This document shows positions 17,686-27,311 of a stretch of 32,000 nt of DNA, one piece after another. The stretch is from positions 1,020,001-1,052,000 of the forward strand of contig NC_000917.1 in the NCBI RefSeq assembly GCF_000008665.1. Direction: 5' to 3'. Source of the DNA: Archaeoglobus fulgidus DSM 4304 (GTDB lineage Archaea > Halobacteriota > Archaeoglobi > Archaeoglobales > Archaeoglobaceae). Under the pieces are notes generated by a model. It saw only the letters and a list, made by a program, of their open reading frames with translations. It was not told the DNA's origin and did not search any database. The translations under genes and the position numbers were made by a program. Each line of letters begins with the position of its first letter. Positions within the stretch are counted from its first letter, which is position 1.

Positions 17686-18261
17686 GTGAAAGAGATGCCA
17701 CTGGATAAAGTACTGCAGGAGATCCAGCAGAAAGGTGAAGAGGAGGTCAGGAGAATCAGGGAGGAGACGGAGAAGGAAGTTGAGAAGATACTGGCCGAGG
17801 CCAAGGCTGAGGCCGAGGAGATTCTGAAGAAGGCCAGAGAGGAGGCAGAGAAGGAGGCGGAAGCCATCAGAAGGCAGGAAATTTCCAGCGTCAAACTGGA
17901 GATGAAAAGGGAACTTCTGAACGTGCAGAAGGAGATCCTTGAGGAGGTTTTCAACCTTCTCAGGCAGAAGGTTAGAGACATGGATGAAGAGACGAGAAAG
18001 AAGATACTCAAAAACCTGCTTGAAAAGAACGCTTCACCAGGAATGGTTGTTTACTCAAGGAAAGAGGATGAGGACATAGTAAAAGAGCTGATAAAGGAGC
18101 TCAAACTCGATGTCACCTACGGCGGCAACATAGACTGTATAGGAGGAGTCATACTTGAAGACCCCGCCGGGGACATCAGACTGAACCTGACGTTCGACGA
18201 ACTTGTAAGCCAGGTTTACGAACAGAAGCTGAGCGAAGTGTCAAAATTGCTTTTCAAGTAA
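17686..18261 (+). CDS. atpE: A-type ATP synthase subunit E
   Basis: 191 aa: coiled-coil N-terminus, then LKLDVTYGGNIDCIGGVILEDPAGDIRLNLTFDELV. Confidence 0.95.
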   Translation: MKEMPLDKVLQEIQQKGEEEVRRIREETEKEVEKILAEAKAEAEEILKKAREEAEKEAEAIRRQEISSVKLEMKRELLNVQKEILEEVFNLLRQKVRDMDEETRKKILKNLLEKNASPGMVVYSRKEDEDIVKELIKELKLDVTYGGNIDCIGGVILEDPAGDIRLNLTFDELVSQVYEQKLSEVSKLLFK

Positions 18262-18277
18262 GTAAGAGGTGATAACA

Positions 18278-19297
18278 ATGATCTACAAGGGAAATAGAGC
18301 CGCCTGGGCTTACATCGTTGCAAGAACGAAGGTTATGAAGAGCAGACTGCTGAAGCCAGAGGACTTCAGGAAACTGCTGAACATGGAGTTTGACGAGATT
18401 GTGAGGTATATAGGTGAGACGGAGTATAAAAAGGAAATCGACGAGCTCGGCTACAAGTTCACGGGGCCAAGACTGCTCGACCACGCCCTCTACGCAAACC
18501 TCGCGAGAACCTACAGAAAGCTCATTGAGGTCTCCTTTGGTGCCTCAAAGTTCCTGATAATGAAGTATCTTGAGAAGTGGGATGTCTGGAACATAATAAA
18601 CATCATCAGGGGCAAAATGGCAAACGTTCAGCCCGAAGTGGTTGATGACATTCTGGTCCCTGCTGGTGAGAGGGACATGGACTTCTGGAAGACGTTGCTT
18701 GTCAAGGATATCGAAGAAATCGTCAAGTCCTTTGAGGGGACACCCTACTACGAGCCCCTTTCCAAGATAGGCAGCGAAGACATGAGCAAAATCGAGGACG
18801 GGCTTTACAAGGTTTACTACAGGGAGTTACTAAAGCTAAATCCTTCAGACTTTGCAATGAAGCTCTTCCTCGACTTCATCAAGATGGAAATAGACATAAG
18901 GAACGTCAAGACGCTGCTGAGGCTGAAGGCGGAGGATGCGACGCCCGACGAAATAATGGAGTGCACGATTCCCGGTGGTTACGAACTTACCGAAGAAGAA
19001 CTCAGGAAGCTTGCGGCCATGCCGATTGATGAAATGATAAAGGCTCTCGAGGGCTACTGGTTCTGGAATGACGTTCAGATTGAAGGGAAGGAGGTCGCGG
19101 CAGTTGAGATCGAGTTCGACAAGGTCTGGATAAAGACAATCTCCAAGAGGGCCAGCAACTATCCGCTCAGCATTCTGCCGGTTCTGCAGTACATTGTGCT
19201 GAAAAAGGTTGAAGTGGACAACCTGAGAGTTCTTGGTTGGGGCAAATACTACGGCTTGCCGAGCGAGGAGATTGAGAGGCAGATGGTGATATTATGA
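18278..19297 (+). CDS. atpC: A-type ATP synthase subunit C (d subunit)
   Basis: Track 18269..19297. MIYKGNRAAWAYIVARTKVMKSRLLKPEDFRKLL...; operon position between E and F. RBS aagaggtg upstream of ATG 18278. Confidence 0.95.
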   Translation: MIYKGNRAAWAYIVARTKVMKSRLLKPEDFRKLLNMEFDEIVRYIGETEYKKEIDELGYKFTGPRLLDHALYANLARTYRKLIEVSFGASKFLIMKYLEKWDVWNIINIIRGKMANVQPEVVDDILVPAGERDMDFWKTLLVKDIEEIVKSFEGTPYYEPLSKIGSEDMSKIEDGLYKVYYRELLKLNPSDFAMKLFLDFIKMEIDIRNVKTLLRLKAEDATPDEIMECTIPGGYELTEEELRKLAAMPIDEMIKALEGYWFWNDVQIEGKEVAAVEIEFDKVWIKTISKRASNYPLSILPVLQYIVLKKVEVDNLRVLGWGKYYGLPSEEIERQMVIL

Positions 19298-19599
19298 AAA
19301 AGTTGGCGGTAGTGGGCGATCCGGACTTCACGATTGGCTTCATGCTTGCAGGAATCTCGGACATATACGAGGTCACGAGCGACGAGGAAATCGTTAAGGC
19401 GGTTGAGGATGTTTTAAAGAGAGATGATGTTGGTGTTGTGATTATTAAGCAGGAGTACCTGAAAAAGCTCCCTCCGGTTTTGAGGAGGGAAATTGATGAG
19501 AAGGTTGAACCCACCTTTGTTTCTGTAGGAGGAACCGGAGGTGTGGAGGAGATTAGGGAGAAGATAAGAAAGGCGATAGGTGTTGACCTATGGAAGTGA
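19294..19599 (+). CDS. atpF: A-type ATP synthase subunit F
   Basis: 101 aa: [26 protein letters not shown]...[16 protein letters not shown]. Confidence 0.96.
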   Translation: MKKLAVVGDPDFTIGFMLAGISDIYEVTSDEEIVKAVEDVLKRDDVGVVIIKQEYLKKLPPVLRREIDEKVEPTFVSVGGTGGVEEIREKIRKAIGVDLWK

Positions 19600-21335
19600 A
19601 AGAAGCTGGATACGTGGGAGAAATTTATAGGATTTCTGGACCCCTCGTCGTTGCGGAGGGATTGAAGGCCAGAATGTACGACCTCTGCAAGGTAGGTGAA
19701 GAGGGGCTGATGGGAGAGGTTGTAGGTTTAGTAGGGCAGAAGGTTCTCATTCAGGTTTACGAGGATACAGAGGGTGTAAAGCCGGGTGACAAAGTAGAGA
19801 ACACCGGAATGCCGCTCAGCGTTGAGCTTGGGCCTGGATTGATAAGAAACATCTACGATGGTGTGCAGAGGCCATTGCCGGTGCTAAAGGAGGTCAGCGG
19901 AGATTTCATCGGGAGGGGCATTGAAGCTCCGGGCTTGGACAGAAAGGCAAAGTGGGAGTTTAAGCCGCTGGTGAAGAAGGGAGAAAAAGTAAAACCGGGA
20001 GAAATAATCGGAACTGTTCAGGAGACTGAGGTTGTAGAGCAGAAGATTCTCGTTCCGCCGAACGTCAAGGAGGGAGTAATCGCTGAGATTTACGAGGGCA
20101 GCTTTACGGTTGAGGACACCATTGCGGTTCTTGAGGATGGCACGGAGCTTAAGCTCTACCACAAGTGGCCAGTCAGAATTCCGAGGCCGTACGTAGAGAA
20201 ACTTCCACCCGTTGTGCCGCTCATAACTGGTCAGAGAATTCTGGACACCTTCTTCCCGGTTGCAAAGGGAGGTACCGCTGCAATTCCGGGCCCATTCGGA
20301 AGCGGTAAAACTGTGACCCAGCACCAGCTGGCAAAGTGGAGTGATGCTCAGATTGTCGTTTACATCGGATGCGGTGAGAGAGGCAACGAGATGACAGAGG
20401 TTCTTGAGGAGTTCCCGGAGCTTGAAGACCCGAGAACAGGAAAGCCGTTGATGGAGAGAACGGTTCTTGTTGCCAACACCTCCAACATGCCTGTTGCGGC
20501 GAGAGAGGCTTCGGTTTACACCGGAATCACCATTGCGGAGTACTTCAGAGACATGGGCTACGATGTAGCCATACAGGCTGACTCAACCAGCAGATGGGCA
20601 GAGGCAATGAGAGAAATCTCAGGAAGACTTGAGGAGATGCCCGGTGAAGAGGGCTACCCCGCTTACCTCGCATCAAGGCTTGCAGAGTTCTACGAGAGAG
20701 CTGGCAGAGTTAAGACCCTCGCAGGGAACATAGGGAGTGTCACGGTTGTCGGAGCAGTTTCACCGCCCGGCGGTGACTTCAGTGAGCCAGTAACTCAGAA
20801 CACGCTCAGAATTGTGAAGGTGTTCTGGGCCCTCGATGCGAAGCTCGCTGCCAGAAGGCACTTCCCCGCCATAAACTGGCTGCAGAGCTACAGCCTCTAC
20901 GTTGACACCCTGAAGGACTGGTTTGCTGAGAACGTCAGCGAGGAGTGGAACGAGCTGAGAAGATGGGCAATGGAGGTTCTGCAGGAGGAGGCTAACCTGC
21001 AGGAGATTGTGCAGCTTGTTGGTAGCGACGCACTGCCAGAATCCCAGAGAGTCCTTCTGGAGGTTGCGAGAATCATCAGAGAGGTTTACCTCATCCAGTA
21101 CGCCTACCACCCCGTCGATACATACTGCAGCGTGCAGAAGCAGTACGACATGCTGAAGGCCATAAAGCAGATCAACGACTGGTTCTATCAGGCTCTCGAA
21201 GCAGGAAAGACCATCGATGAAATTGCGGGAGTCGAGGGTCTCGAAGAGTTTGCCAGAGCCAAGTTCGAGGAGGACTACAAGCCCGCCATGGAGGCTGCGC
21301 TGGAGAAGATTAGAAAGAATCTGCTCGGAGAGTGA
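19590..21335 (+). CDS. atpA: A-type ATP synthase catalytic subunit A
   Basis: 581 aa with [17 protein letters not shown] (P-loop), [49 protein letters not shown]. Confidence 0.98.
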
Positions 21336-22753
21336 TGAAGATGAAGGAGTATAAGACCATAACCCAGGTTGCGGGTCCCCTTGTTTTTGTTGAGAAAACC
21401 GAGCCGGTTGCCTACGGAGAGCTCGTCACCATAACGCTTCCCGACGGCTCAACAAGGAGAGGTCAGGTTCTCGACACGTCCAAAGATGTCGTCGTTGTTC
21501 AGGTTTTCGAGGGTACGAGAGGAGTTGACACCTCAAGCACCGTCAGGTTCACCGGTGACATCGTCAAGCTCAACTGCTCCCAGGACATGCTCGGAAGAAT
21601 TCTGAGCGGTTCCGGTGAGCCGATTGATGGTGGGCCAAAGATCGTTCCAGAGGAGAGGAGACCAATTGTCGGTGCGGCCATCAACCCCTACGCCAGGCAG
21701 TATCCGAGAGAGTTCATCCAGACCGGTATTTCAGCAATTGACGGAATGAACACCCTCGTCAGAGGTCAGAAGCTCCCGATTTTCAGCGGTTCAGGTTTGC
21801 CGCACAACGACATCGCTCTGCAGATTGCGAGGCAGGCAAAAGTTAGGGGCGAGGGTGAGGAGTTCGCTGTCATATTCGCGGCTATGGGCATAACTTACGA
21901 AGAGGCGTACCAGTTCATGAAGGAGTTCGAGAGGACTGGGGCACTGGAGAGGGCTGTTGTTTTCCTCAACCTTGCCAACGACCCGGCTATCGAGAGATTG
22001 CTGACTCCCAGAATGGCACTCACCGCTGCAGAGTTCCTCGCCTACGAGTACGACCTGCATATTCTGGTTATTCTCACAGACATGACCAACTACTGCGAAG
22101 CTCTTAGAGAGATTTCGGCAGCAAGAGAAGAGGTTCCCGGAAGAAGAGGATATCCGGGTTACATGTACACTGACCTCGCAACTATCTACGAGAGGGCTGG
22201 CCGTATCAGGGGCAGGAAGGGGACGATTACGCAGATGCCAATCCTCACAATGCCGGGCGATGATATCACCCACCCAATTCCCGACCTCACCGGGTATATC
22301 ACCGAGGGACAGATAGTTTTGAGCAGAGAGTTGCACGCCAAGGGTATTTATCCACCAATCAACGTCCTTCCGTCGCTCAGCAGGTTGATGAAGGAAGGTA
22401 TCGGCGAGGGATACACAAGAGAGGACCACCCGCAGTGGAACGACCAGATGTATGCGGCCTATGCTGAGGGTGTTGACCTCAGAGGTCTCGTCGCCATTGT
22501 TGGTGAGGAGGCTCTGTCAGAGAGGGACAGGCTCTTCCTGAAGTTTGCCGACGAGTTCGAGAGGAGGTTTGTCCAGCAGGGAAGATACGAGGACAGAGAT
22601 ATTGAGTACACTCTCGACCTCGGATGGGAGCTGCTCGCAATGCTTCCTGAGAGAGAGCTCACGAAGGTTGAGAGAAAGTTCATAGAGAAATATCACCCCA
22701 AGTACAGGAAAAAAGAAGCTAAGCCCGAGGAGGCCACAGAGGAGGCCTCCTGA
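21332..22753 (+). CDS. atpB: A-type ATP synthase subunit B
   Basis: 473 aa with [56 protein letters not shown] and GKKGT-like [33 protein letters not shown]. Confidence 0.98.
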
Positions 22754-22778
22754 AAACAATTTTTAGAGGTGACAGGGA

Positions 22779-23408
22779 ATGGCAGAGGTCCAACCGACAC
22801 GAATGGAGCTCATAAAGCTCAGAAGAAGGATAAAGATGGCCACCCGTGGCCATGCACTGCTTAAGATGAAGAGAGATGGCCTCATCATGGAGTTCAGGCA
22901 GCTTCTGGAGGAGGCAAAGGAAGTCATTGGTGGGATGGTTCAGAAGTACGAGAAAGCTCAGAGCAAGCTTGCGTTAGCGATAGCAGTTGACGGTATCGTA
23001 GCTGTCAGGTCAATCGCCCTCTCCTGCTGCCAGATTCCGCCAGAGTTCAGCATGAAGAGGAAGAACATAATGGGAGTCGTTGTGCCAGTCATCAAGAGAG
23101 AGCCAATAAGAAAGAAGCCCACGGAGAGGGGATACGGAATCCTGAGCACATCCACGAGAGTCGATGAAGCGGTCGAGGCTTACGAGGAGCTTGTTGATGC
23201 TGTACTTGAGGTTGCGGAGATTGAAACAACCCTCAGAAAGCTCATTGAGGAAATTGAGAGGACGAAGAGAAGAGTTAACGCTCTCGAATACCGCGTTATT
23301 CCAACGATGGAGGAGCTTGCAAAGTTCATCTCGTTCAAGCTGGAGGAGATGGACAGAGAGAACATTATAAGGTTGAAGAAGCTCAAGATGAAGAAGGCAA
23401 AGTCTTAA
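22779..23408 (+). CDS. atpD: A-type ATP synthase subunit D
   Basis: 209 aa with PTRMELIKLRRRIKMATRGHALLKMKRDGLIMEF...KRRVNALEYRVIPTMEELAKFISFKLEEMDRENIIRLKKLK. Confidence 0.97.
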   Translation: MAEVQPTRMELIKLRRRIKMATRGHALLKMKRDGLIMEFRQLLEEAKEVIGGMVQKYEKAQSKLALAIAVDGIVAVRSIALSCCQIPPEFSMKRKNIMGVVVPVIKREPIRKKPTERGYGILSTSTRVDEAVEAYEELVDAVLEVAEIETTLRKLIEEIERTKRRVNALEYRVIPTMEELAKFISFKLEEMDRENIIRLKKLKMKKAKS

Positions 23409-23456
23409 TTCTCTTTTTTTGGAAAATTTTAAATTCTCGTTAACCGATCTACATTC

Positions 23457-24077
23457 ATGGTTAACGATATAAAGAAAACCGCTCTGGCAGTGGTTACAGC
23501 CTTAATAACCGCGGTATCTGCGCAGCTAAGCTTTAAAATAGGACCTGTGCCTTATACGATGCAAAACTTCGGCGTGATGCTATCAGGGTTTCTTCTCGGG
23601 CCCTACTACGGCCTCCTGTCGATGGCAATCTACCTAGCCCTCATAGCCTTTTCCCTGCCGATAGCTGCAGGTGGAGGCGGTTTGGGAGTTTTAATTGGTC
23701 CAACCGCTGGTTTTCTTTACGGATTTCTGATCTCATCCTTCCTGGCGGGTGTTTTCAGGAGAGCAATTTGGAGGGAGGGGAGCAGAAGAGAGGTGTTAAT
23801 GCTCTGGCTTTCAACGCTTGTGGCATCTATGCCCATCTACCTGCTTGGCTTCTTTGTTTTCTACAACTTCGCAATGATTGATGAAAAGCTGCTCATCCGA
23901 TCCGAGAGCGCCGTCAGAGCCTTTAACCTCTCCTTCTCCTCTCCCACCATGGTTATCTTCGCCGCAACCGTTCTGATTTTCCTCCCCCAGGACTTTTTCG
24001 TTGACCACCTCTTGGCCGTACTGGTTTTCAGGTACGTCCACAGAATGCTGAATGAGAGGGGTGTGGAGGTTGATTGA
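23457..24077 (+). CDS. bioY: BioY family biotin transporter (ECF S component)
   Basis: 206 aa: TALAVVTALITAVSAQLSFKIGPVPYTMQNFGVMLSGFLLGPYYGLLSMAIYLALIAFSLPIAAGGGGLGVLIGPTAGFLYGF. BioY signatures. Confidence 0.92.
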   Translation: MVNDIKKTALAVVTALITAVSAQLSFKIGPVPYTMQNFGVMLSGFLLGPYYGLLSMAIYLALIAFSLPIAAGGGGLGVLIGPTAGFLYGFLISSFLAGVFRRAIWREGSRREVLMLWLSTLVASMPIYLLGFFVFYNFAMIDEKLLIRSESAVRAFNLSFSSPTMVIFAATVLIFLPQDFFVDHLLAVLVFRYVHRMLNERGVEVD

Positions 24078-25164
24078 ACTCAGGGTGGATAAGTACACAT
24101 ACCCTAACGGAAGGGTTGGCTTGAGCGATTTTTACGCAACCTTCGAGGGCTGCGATTTCATCATCGGCCCAACGGGTTCGGGAAAGAGCACCGTACTCAA
24201 AATGGTTAACGGACTGATTCCGAACTTCCTTGGCGGAACTCTTGAAGGGAAGGTGAGGGTTTTTGGAGAGAAGCCCAATCCCAGAATTGCGTTCTTTGTG
24301 AAGCAGAACCCTGAGGAGATGATTACCTCTACGCAGGTTATCGATGAGCTTGTCTTTCCTTTGATTCAGCAGGGGTTTGGTTGGGGGGAGGCGAAAAGGG
24401 AAGCGGAGGAGGTTTGTGAGGAGCTCGGAATCGGTGGGCTGCTGGAGAGAAAAACGTATGAGCTCTCTACCGGTGAGCTTCAGTTAGTTCAAATTGCCGC
24501 AGCACTTGCCTCAAAAGCCAGAATACTCGTTTTTGATGAGCCTTTTGCAAATCTAAGCCGTAAAAATGTTCTGAAAGTTATCAAAATACTCAGGGACTAC
24601 CCGCACTTAGTTTCGGAGCACAGGCTTGAGTTCTCAAGCTTCTTCGAAAAGACCATCAACCTCGGCCTTGAGTGTGAGGATTTCGAAATTCCAGAGGTTG
24701 AGCCAGGTGAAGCTGTTTACGATGGGCTGATTGAGCTCAGAGAGGGGGAGCTTATAGCTTTGGTTGGAGACAACGGAGCTGGAAAGACGATGATGTTGAA
24801 GAAAATAGCCACTGAGATGAGAAAGCTCGGGCTGGACTTCTCAATCGTCCTCCAGAACCCATCATACCACCTTGTGGAGGACAGCGTTGGAAAGGAGGTT
24901 GATTTGGAAACAGCCAAAGAGTTCGGTATTGAGAGCTTGCTCAGCAGGCACCCGCAGTCCCTCAGCATGGGACAGATGAAGAGGGTTGCAATTGCGAAGG
25001 CGTTTAAGTCGAAAATATTGCTTCTCGACGAGCCCACTGCAGGGCAGGACTGCAACTTTCGGAGGAGACTGCTTTACCTGCTCAGAAAGCACAGAAAGTC
25101 GGCGATTATAGCTACCCATGACCCTTATGTGGCTGAACACTGCGACAGAAAAGTGGAGCTATGA
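24070..25164 (+). CDS. ECF transporter ATPase with two fused ABC domains
   Basis: Track 24052..25164. First domain GPTGSGKST, LSTGELQLVQ, ILVFDEPF; second domain GDNGAGKTM, LSMGQMKRV, ILLLDEPTAG. TTG at 24070 preceded by ggagg is a likely start. Confidence 0.88.
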   Translation: MIELRVDKYTYPNGRVGLSDFYATFEGCDFIIGPTGSGKSTVLKMVNGLIPNFLGGTLEGKVRVFGEKPNPRIAFFVKQNPEEMITSTQVIDELVFPLIQQGFGWGEAKREAEEVCEELGIGGLLERKTYELSTGELQLVQIAAALASKARILVFDEPFANLSRKNVLKVIKILRDYPHLVSEHRLEFSSFFEKTINLGLECEDFEIPEVEPGEAVYDGLIELREGELIALVGDNGAGKTMMLKKIATEMRKLGLDFSIVLQNPSYHLVEDSVGKEVDLETAKEFGIESLLSRHPQSLSMGQMKRVAIAKAFKSKILLLDEPTAGQDCNFRRRLLYLLRKHRKSAIIATHDPYVAEHCDRKVEL

Positions 25165-25814
25165 TAATCGAATCGCTAAAGGAGGGGTTGAGAGGAGGGG
25201 ATAGAGAGGGGAGGTGCGCCGTAATCGCAGCCTCCTTGCTGTCAATCTCCGTTTACGTTTCCGGCATGGCGTTTGAGGTTGCAATTGCTGCAATAGCAAT
25301 CTCACTGATAGCCACTAAGGGGAGAAGCCTGAAGCTCCTGAGAGCTTTTCTACCATTCTACCTTCTATTTGCCATTACCGCACTTTTCTCTGGAATATCT
25401 GCTTTAAAGACTCTTTTGGCGTTCCTGGCAATAATATCCTCTGGCTCCATAGTATTCTCCTCTCAACCGTCCGAAGTTTCCGGAGCGTTGCTGTTCTTCA
25501 GGTTCCCCGAAAAATTTGTAAGCCTGCTTCAAATTGCTCTGTCGATGCTTCCAGTTGTAGTCAGCGACTTTGAGAACGTGAAGAGCCTTTACGGCAGGTC
25601 TTATTACAGACTGCTAAAGGCCTTCGTCTCAACCGCCATTTTGAGGGCGGTTAGCTTCTCAGAGTCGCTATACTCTAAGAACTTCAGCTACAAAGCGGTC
25701 AAGAAAATGAGAAGACCGGAAAAAGCTGATTATCTCCTTTTACTCGCTTCAACGGCGGTTTTCGTTTATGCAATATCTCTTGAGGTGTCAACCTGGATGC
25801 CCTCTTCAACGTAG
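25161..25814 (+). CDS. ECF transporter transmembrane T component (EcfT/CbiQ-like)
   Basis: 217-aa hydrophobic protein, translationally coupled to the ABC gene. FVSLLQIALSMLPVVVSDFENVKSLYGRSY...KNFSYKAVKKMRRPEKADYLLL is EcfT-like. Confidence 0.82.
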   Translation: MIIESLKEGLRGGDREGRCAVIAASLLSISVYVSGMAFEVAIAAIAISLIATKGRSLKLLRAFLPFYLLFAITALFSGISALKTLLAFLAIISSGSIVFSSQPSEVSGALLFFRFPEKFVSLLQIALSMLPVVVSDFENVKSLYGRSYYRLLKAFVSTAILRAVSFSESLYSKNFSYKAVKKMRRPEKADYLLLLASTAVFVYAISLEVSTWMPSST

Positions 25815-26476
25815 AATCTGAAGTACTCGGTAACGGGTCTCTTTCCTCTCAGTTTGGGCACCGCAAACTTGCTGACCAATCTCTCTCCAACCCTCTCCAC
25901 TTCGATGTCAAACACCACGTCAGAGATGTCCAGAACTTTGTTGACCACATCCACCGGATGAAGGTTTTTGATAAGGTGACAGTAAACCACAACACCCTTC
26001 TCCTTTGCAAGGGTATAAAGCTTGTTTATCAACCAGTCTTTGAGCCCCCAGTCAGTGTTGAGGTTCAGGAAGAAGGAGAGGGAGTCGATGATCACGTTGT
26101 ACTCACCGCTCTCCTCTTCTGCAATTCTTGAAAGCCTGTCGTCAACGTAGTCGAAAATTTCCTTGTCCCTGTATCTGTCTTCAACGATGAACTGGCCGTA
26201 CTCGTTGAGGTAGTACTGCTCGTAAACATCAACGAAAGTAACGAAACTCGTGTCGAGACGGAGCTTTTCCATATCCTGCTTGACGAACTTTGCCGGGCGG
26301 CTGGTGGTGAAGTAGTAAGTCTTCAAAACGGTGGCAAACTGGTAAAGGAACGCCTCAGGCATCGCGAGCGGGTTGGCGTAAACACAAACAAAGCTGCCCG
26401 CCGGCAGACCCCCATCTAACCTTCTGTCAAGCAAAACGATGCCTGTTGGCACGTCTGAAGTTTTAAGTATCTGCAC
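25766..26476 (-). CDS. KaiC/RAD55-like ATPase-fold protein with degenerate P-loop
   Basis: 236 aa with TGIVLLDRRLDGGLPAGSFVCVYANPLAMPEAFLYQFA (KaiC/RadA start motif, Walker A lost), YNVIIDSLSFFLN (Walker B-like) and LYTLAKEKGVVVYCHLIKN. GTG start. Confidence 0.75.
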   Translation of the reverse strand: MQILKTSDVPTGIVLLDRRLDGGLPAGSFVCVYANPLAMPEAFLYQFATVLKTYYFTTSRPAKFVKQDMEKLRLDTSFVTFVDVYEQYYLNEYGQFIVEDRYRDKEIFDYVDDRLSRIAEEESGEYNVIIDSLSFFLNLNTDWGLKDWLINKLYTLAKEKGVVVYCHLIKNLHPVDVVNKVLDISDVVFDIEVERVGERLVSKFAVPKLRGKRPVTEYFRFYVEEGIQVDTSRDIA

Positions 26477-26533
26477 AATACCACCTTGTTAGTACTTGAA
26501 TTCAAACCATTTAAGCTTTTCCATAATTATCAT

Positions 26534-26546
26534 TATAACCGTTATA
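26534..26546. promoter_or_regulatory. Candidate operator palindrome TATAAC-C-GTTATA
   Basis: Perfect 6-bp arms around a 1-nt centre, in the intergenic region between divergently transcribed genes, one encoding an RHH-like protein. Confidence 0.35.
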
Positions 26547-26656
26547 TAGTCAGGTGGGAAAAAATTTTGAGGTGGGCATAGTGCTCATAACAAACATCAA
26601 CACAAAAGTTAACGGTAAAATAATAACAATTATATGGCTTTAAACGTACTATTAGC

Positions 26657-27250
26657 ATGGCTGCAAGAAAGGTCAGGATACAGACGACGATAAACTCAAA
26701 CGTTTACGAGCATTATATCAAAAAGCTTCTGCCTGAGTACGGTCAGCTAAACAAGCTTATTGAAGAAGCTGTAAAGCAGCTTTTTGAAATCAGAGAAAAT
26801 GAGTTGTCCAAGCTCGACCGTCTTAGAGCGAAGATGATGAGAGAGGCGGGAGTAATAGCCATCGGATTCGAGAGCGCTGAGAAGGCGCTCAAAGGGGAGA
26901 TCGAGAAGGTTTTAAGCGAAAACGAAATTAATTTTCTGCTGGAATGGTATTACGGAAGGCCTATTGAGAAAATTGCGTTTGAAGAGGCCATTGAGTTCAT
27001 GAGAACTGCTTTAATTGCAATGAACTGGGCTGTTGATGCCAAGGTAAACTTGGAGGGTGAGGAGACCCACATAATGGTGAGGTCGAACCTCGGAAGGGGG
27101 CTGGCAGAGCTTCTGTGCATGGTCATCAAGCACTTCTTTGAGAGGAACTACGGTGTGGAGGTGAGGTTTTCCGTTTATCCTGGCGGCTACACTCTGTCTT
27201 TCAGGCATGTTAGCACCGATGCTTATCCGTGCTCAAGCGTGAGGGAGTAA
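26657..27250 (+). CDS. Protein with ribbon-helix-helix-like N-terminus and unknown C-terminal domain
   Basis: 197 aa: KVRIQTTINSNVYEHYIKKLLPEYGQLNKLIEEAVKQLFE (RHH/CopG-like), then an unrecognised domain ending GRGLAELLCMVIKHFFERNYGVEVRFSVYPGGYTLSFRHV. Confidence 0.65.
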   Translation: MAARKVRIQTTINSNVYEHYIKKLLPEYGQLNKLIEEAVKQLFEIRENELSKLDRLRAKMMREAGVIAIGFESAEKALKGEIEKVLSENEINFLLEWYYGRPIEKIAFEEAIEFMRTALIAMNWAVDAKVNLEGEETHIMVRSNLGRGLAELLCMVIKHFFERNYGVEVRFSVYPGGYTLSFRHVSTDAYPCSSVRE

Positions 27251-27311
27251 GCTAACATTTAAACATTGTAATCTCAAAAGATTAAAATACTCTTCAATGT
27301 TTTGATTGAAC

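Noticed and set aside
16908-18011. Minus-strand ORFs 16908..17327 (139 aa) and 17346..18011 (221 aa) with shared segments
   Set aside because: They are the antisense of the two identical atpK copies and of atpE. The shared peptide simply reflects the 244-bp repeat, not a novel repeated protein family.
14657-18261. Coiled-coil rich atpH and atpE considered as possible novel structural proteins
   Set aside because: Position and sequence fit the standard peripheral-stalk subunits of A-type ATP synthases.
19884-22759. Long minus-strand ORFs (146, 116, 212, 74, 80 aa) over atpA/atpB
   Set aside because: Antisense shadows of highly conserved ATPase subunits.
23409-23456. T-rich stretch after atpD (about 23412-23418) as a terminator
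   Set aside because: A short T-run is compatible with archaeal termination, but without 3' end data it is not distinguishable from ordinary AT-rich spacer, so it is not listed as a feature.
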